64,000 nt of DNA, from NCBI GenBank assembly GCA_964344935.1, contig CAYFPL010000008.1:76754-140753 (forward strand), read 5' to 3'. Shown here one piece after another: positions 62,949-64,000 of this stretch. The first letter of the stretch is position 1; the number at the start of each line of letters is the position of its first letter. The notes below the pieces were generated by a model. It made no database searches and was not told where the DNA came from. It saw only the letters and a program-made list of their open reading frames with translations. Made by a program: the position numbers and the translations under genes. The stretch is from an uncultured Rhodospirillaceae bacterium. Lineage in GTDB: Bacteria; Pseudomonadota; Alphaproteobacteria; GCA-2731375.

Positions 62949-63359
62949 ATGAAAATCGCAGAACATAGAATTGGAGAGCCCTGGGTCAAGGAGATCGAAT
63001 GTCCCGGCTGCACCGTCGCGGTGGCGGCCTGGATATCGAGCGGGATGAGCGGCAATTTCCCCCACTTCTACTGCGACCAATGTTCCAACGTTTATCTCTG
63101 TGAAGCCGCCCGGGAATATCTGACGGGCGGCGAAGCCGGGCCGAAAGTATTGGCCAAGATTGCCCGTGAGCTGCCCGCCTGCCCTTGCGGCGGCCGATTT
63201 ACGCCTGGTGAAAATCCGAAATGTCCGAACTGCAATTATGCATTCGAACACCAACATGACGCTTTGCAGCGTCTGTCCGATCCGCAAATGATCGTTGTCC
63301 ACAAGAGTTCCGTTTACGGCGACCGCATCGAGCCGTTTCGGGTCTTGATCGTTCGATGA
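62949..63359 (+). CDS. Hypothetical Cys-rich zinc-ribbon protein
   Basis: 136 aa with four CxxC pairs (CPGC, CDQC, CPCGG, CPNC), i.e. two treble-clef/zinc-ribbon-like sites. Confidence 0.5.
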   Translation: MKIAEHRIGEPWVKEIECPGCTVAVAAWISSGMSGNFPHFYCDQCSNVYLCEAAREYLTGGEAGPKVLAKIARELPACPCGGRFTPGENPKCPNCNYAFEHQHDALQRLSDPQMIVVHKSSVYGDRIEPFRVLIVR

Positions 63360-63369
63360 TCGTTTGACG

Positions 63370-64000
63370 TTAGTCGATATAGGTGCGGCAAAAATATTCA
63401 AAAGCCAGAATGGTGCCCAACTGCGCGCCAAATGCCGCGCCCCCCTGTTCCTCGTCCCACATGGCGCGGATAGTCGCCTCGTTGAACCAAGGCCGGGACA
63501 AGGTCTTGGGGTCCAGCAGGAAATTCTCGTAGACCGCCTTGTAATCGTTGCGCATTAGATAATCCGGATCCCAGTAGAAACCGCTGAACGGCGTCACAAG
63601 AGTGTATTCGTCCAACTCGCTGCCAGGGCCGCATTGAAAGATCGGCCGGATGGTCTTGCTGACCCGTGGGATTGCCGCCGCGCGAGGAAATCTAAGACGT
63701 AGGTTCTCCAGATACCAATGCTGATCGTACTTCAAGGCATTGGGCACACCGGCGATGTGTTCGACCATGCCGTAATGGTCGTAAATGGGGCACATGGGCT
63801 CCATGTAGGCGCCGATAATGGCTAGAGAAATTGTCGTCGACCGGCGCATGCGCTCGACGATCGACAGCCATTCGTGCTTACGCGTTCCACTTAGGTTCGG
63901 TCGTCCGGCGTGAGCGGTCAGAAACGAAGTTTGCGCGCCGTTCCAGACCGTTTCGGCAAATTCCTCCATGAAAGTCTGGACCAGTAATTGACCCTGGAAG
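63370..64000 (-). CDS. Hypothetical protein. Partial: the N-terminus lies beyond the window.
   Basis: The open frame continues upstream of M63969 (...FQGQLLVQTFMEEF) to the window end. No confident family assignment. Confidence 0.4.
   Translation of the reverse strand, partial: FQGQLLVQTFMEEFAETVWNGAQTSFLTAHAGRPNLSGTRKHEWLSIVERMRRSTTISLAIIGAYMEPMCPIYDHYGMVEHIAGVPNALKYDQHWYLENLRLRFPRAAAIPRVSKTIRPIFQCGPGSELDEYTLVTPFSGFYWDPDYLMRNDYKAVYENFLLDPKTLSRPWFNEATIRAMWDEEQGGAAFGAQLGTILAFEYFCRTYID

Noticed and set aside
1-64000. Search for CRISPR arrays, transposases, integrases and phage genes
   Set aside because: No short direct-repeat/spacer periodicity, no DDE/tyrosine-recombinase-like ORFs and no phage structural genes were seen. 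Mobile-element calls would be unsupported.
63370-64000. Tentative sulfotransferase-like assignment for the partial 3'-terminal minus-strand ORF
   Set aside because: The PAPS-binding motifs (PKSGTTW / RDPRD) are not visible in the available fragment. Left as hypothetical.

Overview
This 64-kb window is a high-GC chromosomal segment (about 60-63% GC by eye), consistent with an alphaproteobacterium of Rhodospirillales type; I cannot name the genus. Most of it is housekeeping and catabolic genes, interrupted by three stretches that look lower in GC.

Housekeeping genes include carB-greA, trxB, tgt-queA, a cyclophilin, coaD, gyrA, mnmA and a tRNA-Lys(UUU). The left end carries hyuB/hyuA (hydantoinase/oxoprolinase) facing a divergent CoxL/xanthine-dehydrogenase-type molybdopterin subunit that has no partner subunits nearby. 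A same-strand cluster follows: PaaA-like diiron oxygenase subunit, TetR, double-hotdog dehydratase, PaaK-like CoA ligase and an amidohydrolase-2. Next come a TauD-family dioxygenase with a DctPQM TRAP transporter, and a secreted heparinase II/III-family protein divergent from a 1032-aa hexaheme c-type cytochrome. An EmrR-EmrA efflux operon carries three tandem EmrB paralogs.

The three lower-GC stretches (GC judged by eye, not computed) hold the most unusual content:
- ~27.75-32.8 kb: a translationally coupled four-gene operon of signal-peptide-bearing proteins of unknown function, one with a Cys cluster plus coiled coil and one with an EGF-like Cys motif. It sits between an orphan rubredoxin and a cytochrome P450.
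- ~59.7-64 kb: a TPR/GT41 (OGT-like) glycosyltransferase followed by a radical-SAM/SPASM enzyme overlapping a B12-binding radical-SAM enzyme, then small Cys-rich ORFs.
- ~20.4-20.85 kb: a small AT-rich patch with an 80-aa membrane ORF.

No CRISPR array, transposase, integrase or recognisable defence-system gene was seen. The four-gene secreted operon and the GT41 + double radical-SAM locus are the best candidates for undescribed systems.
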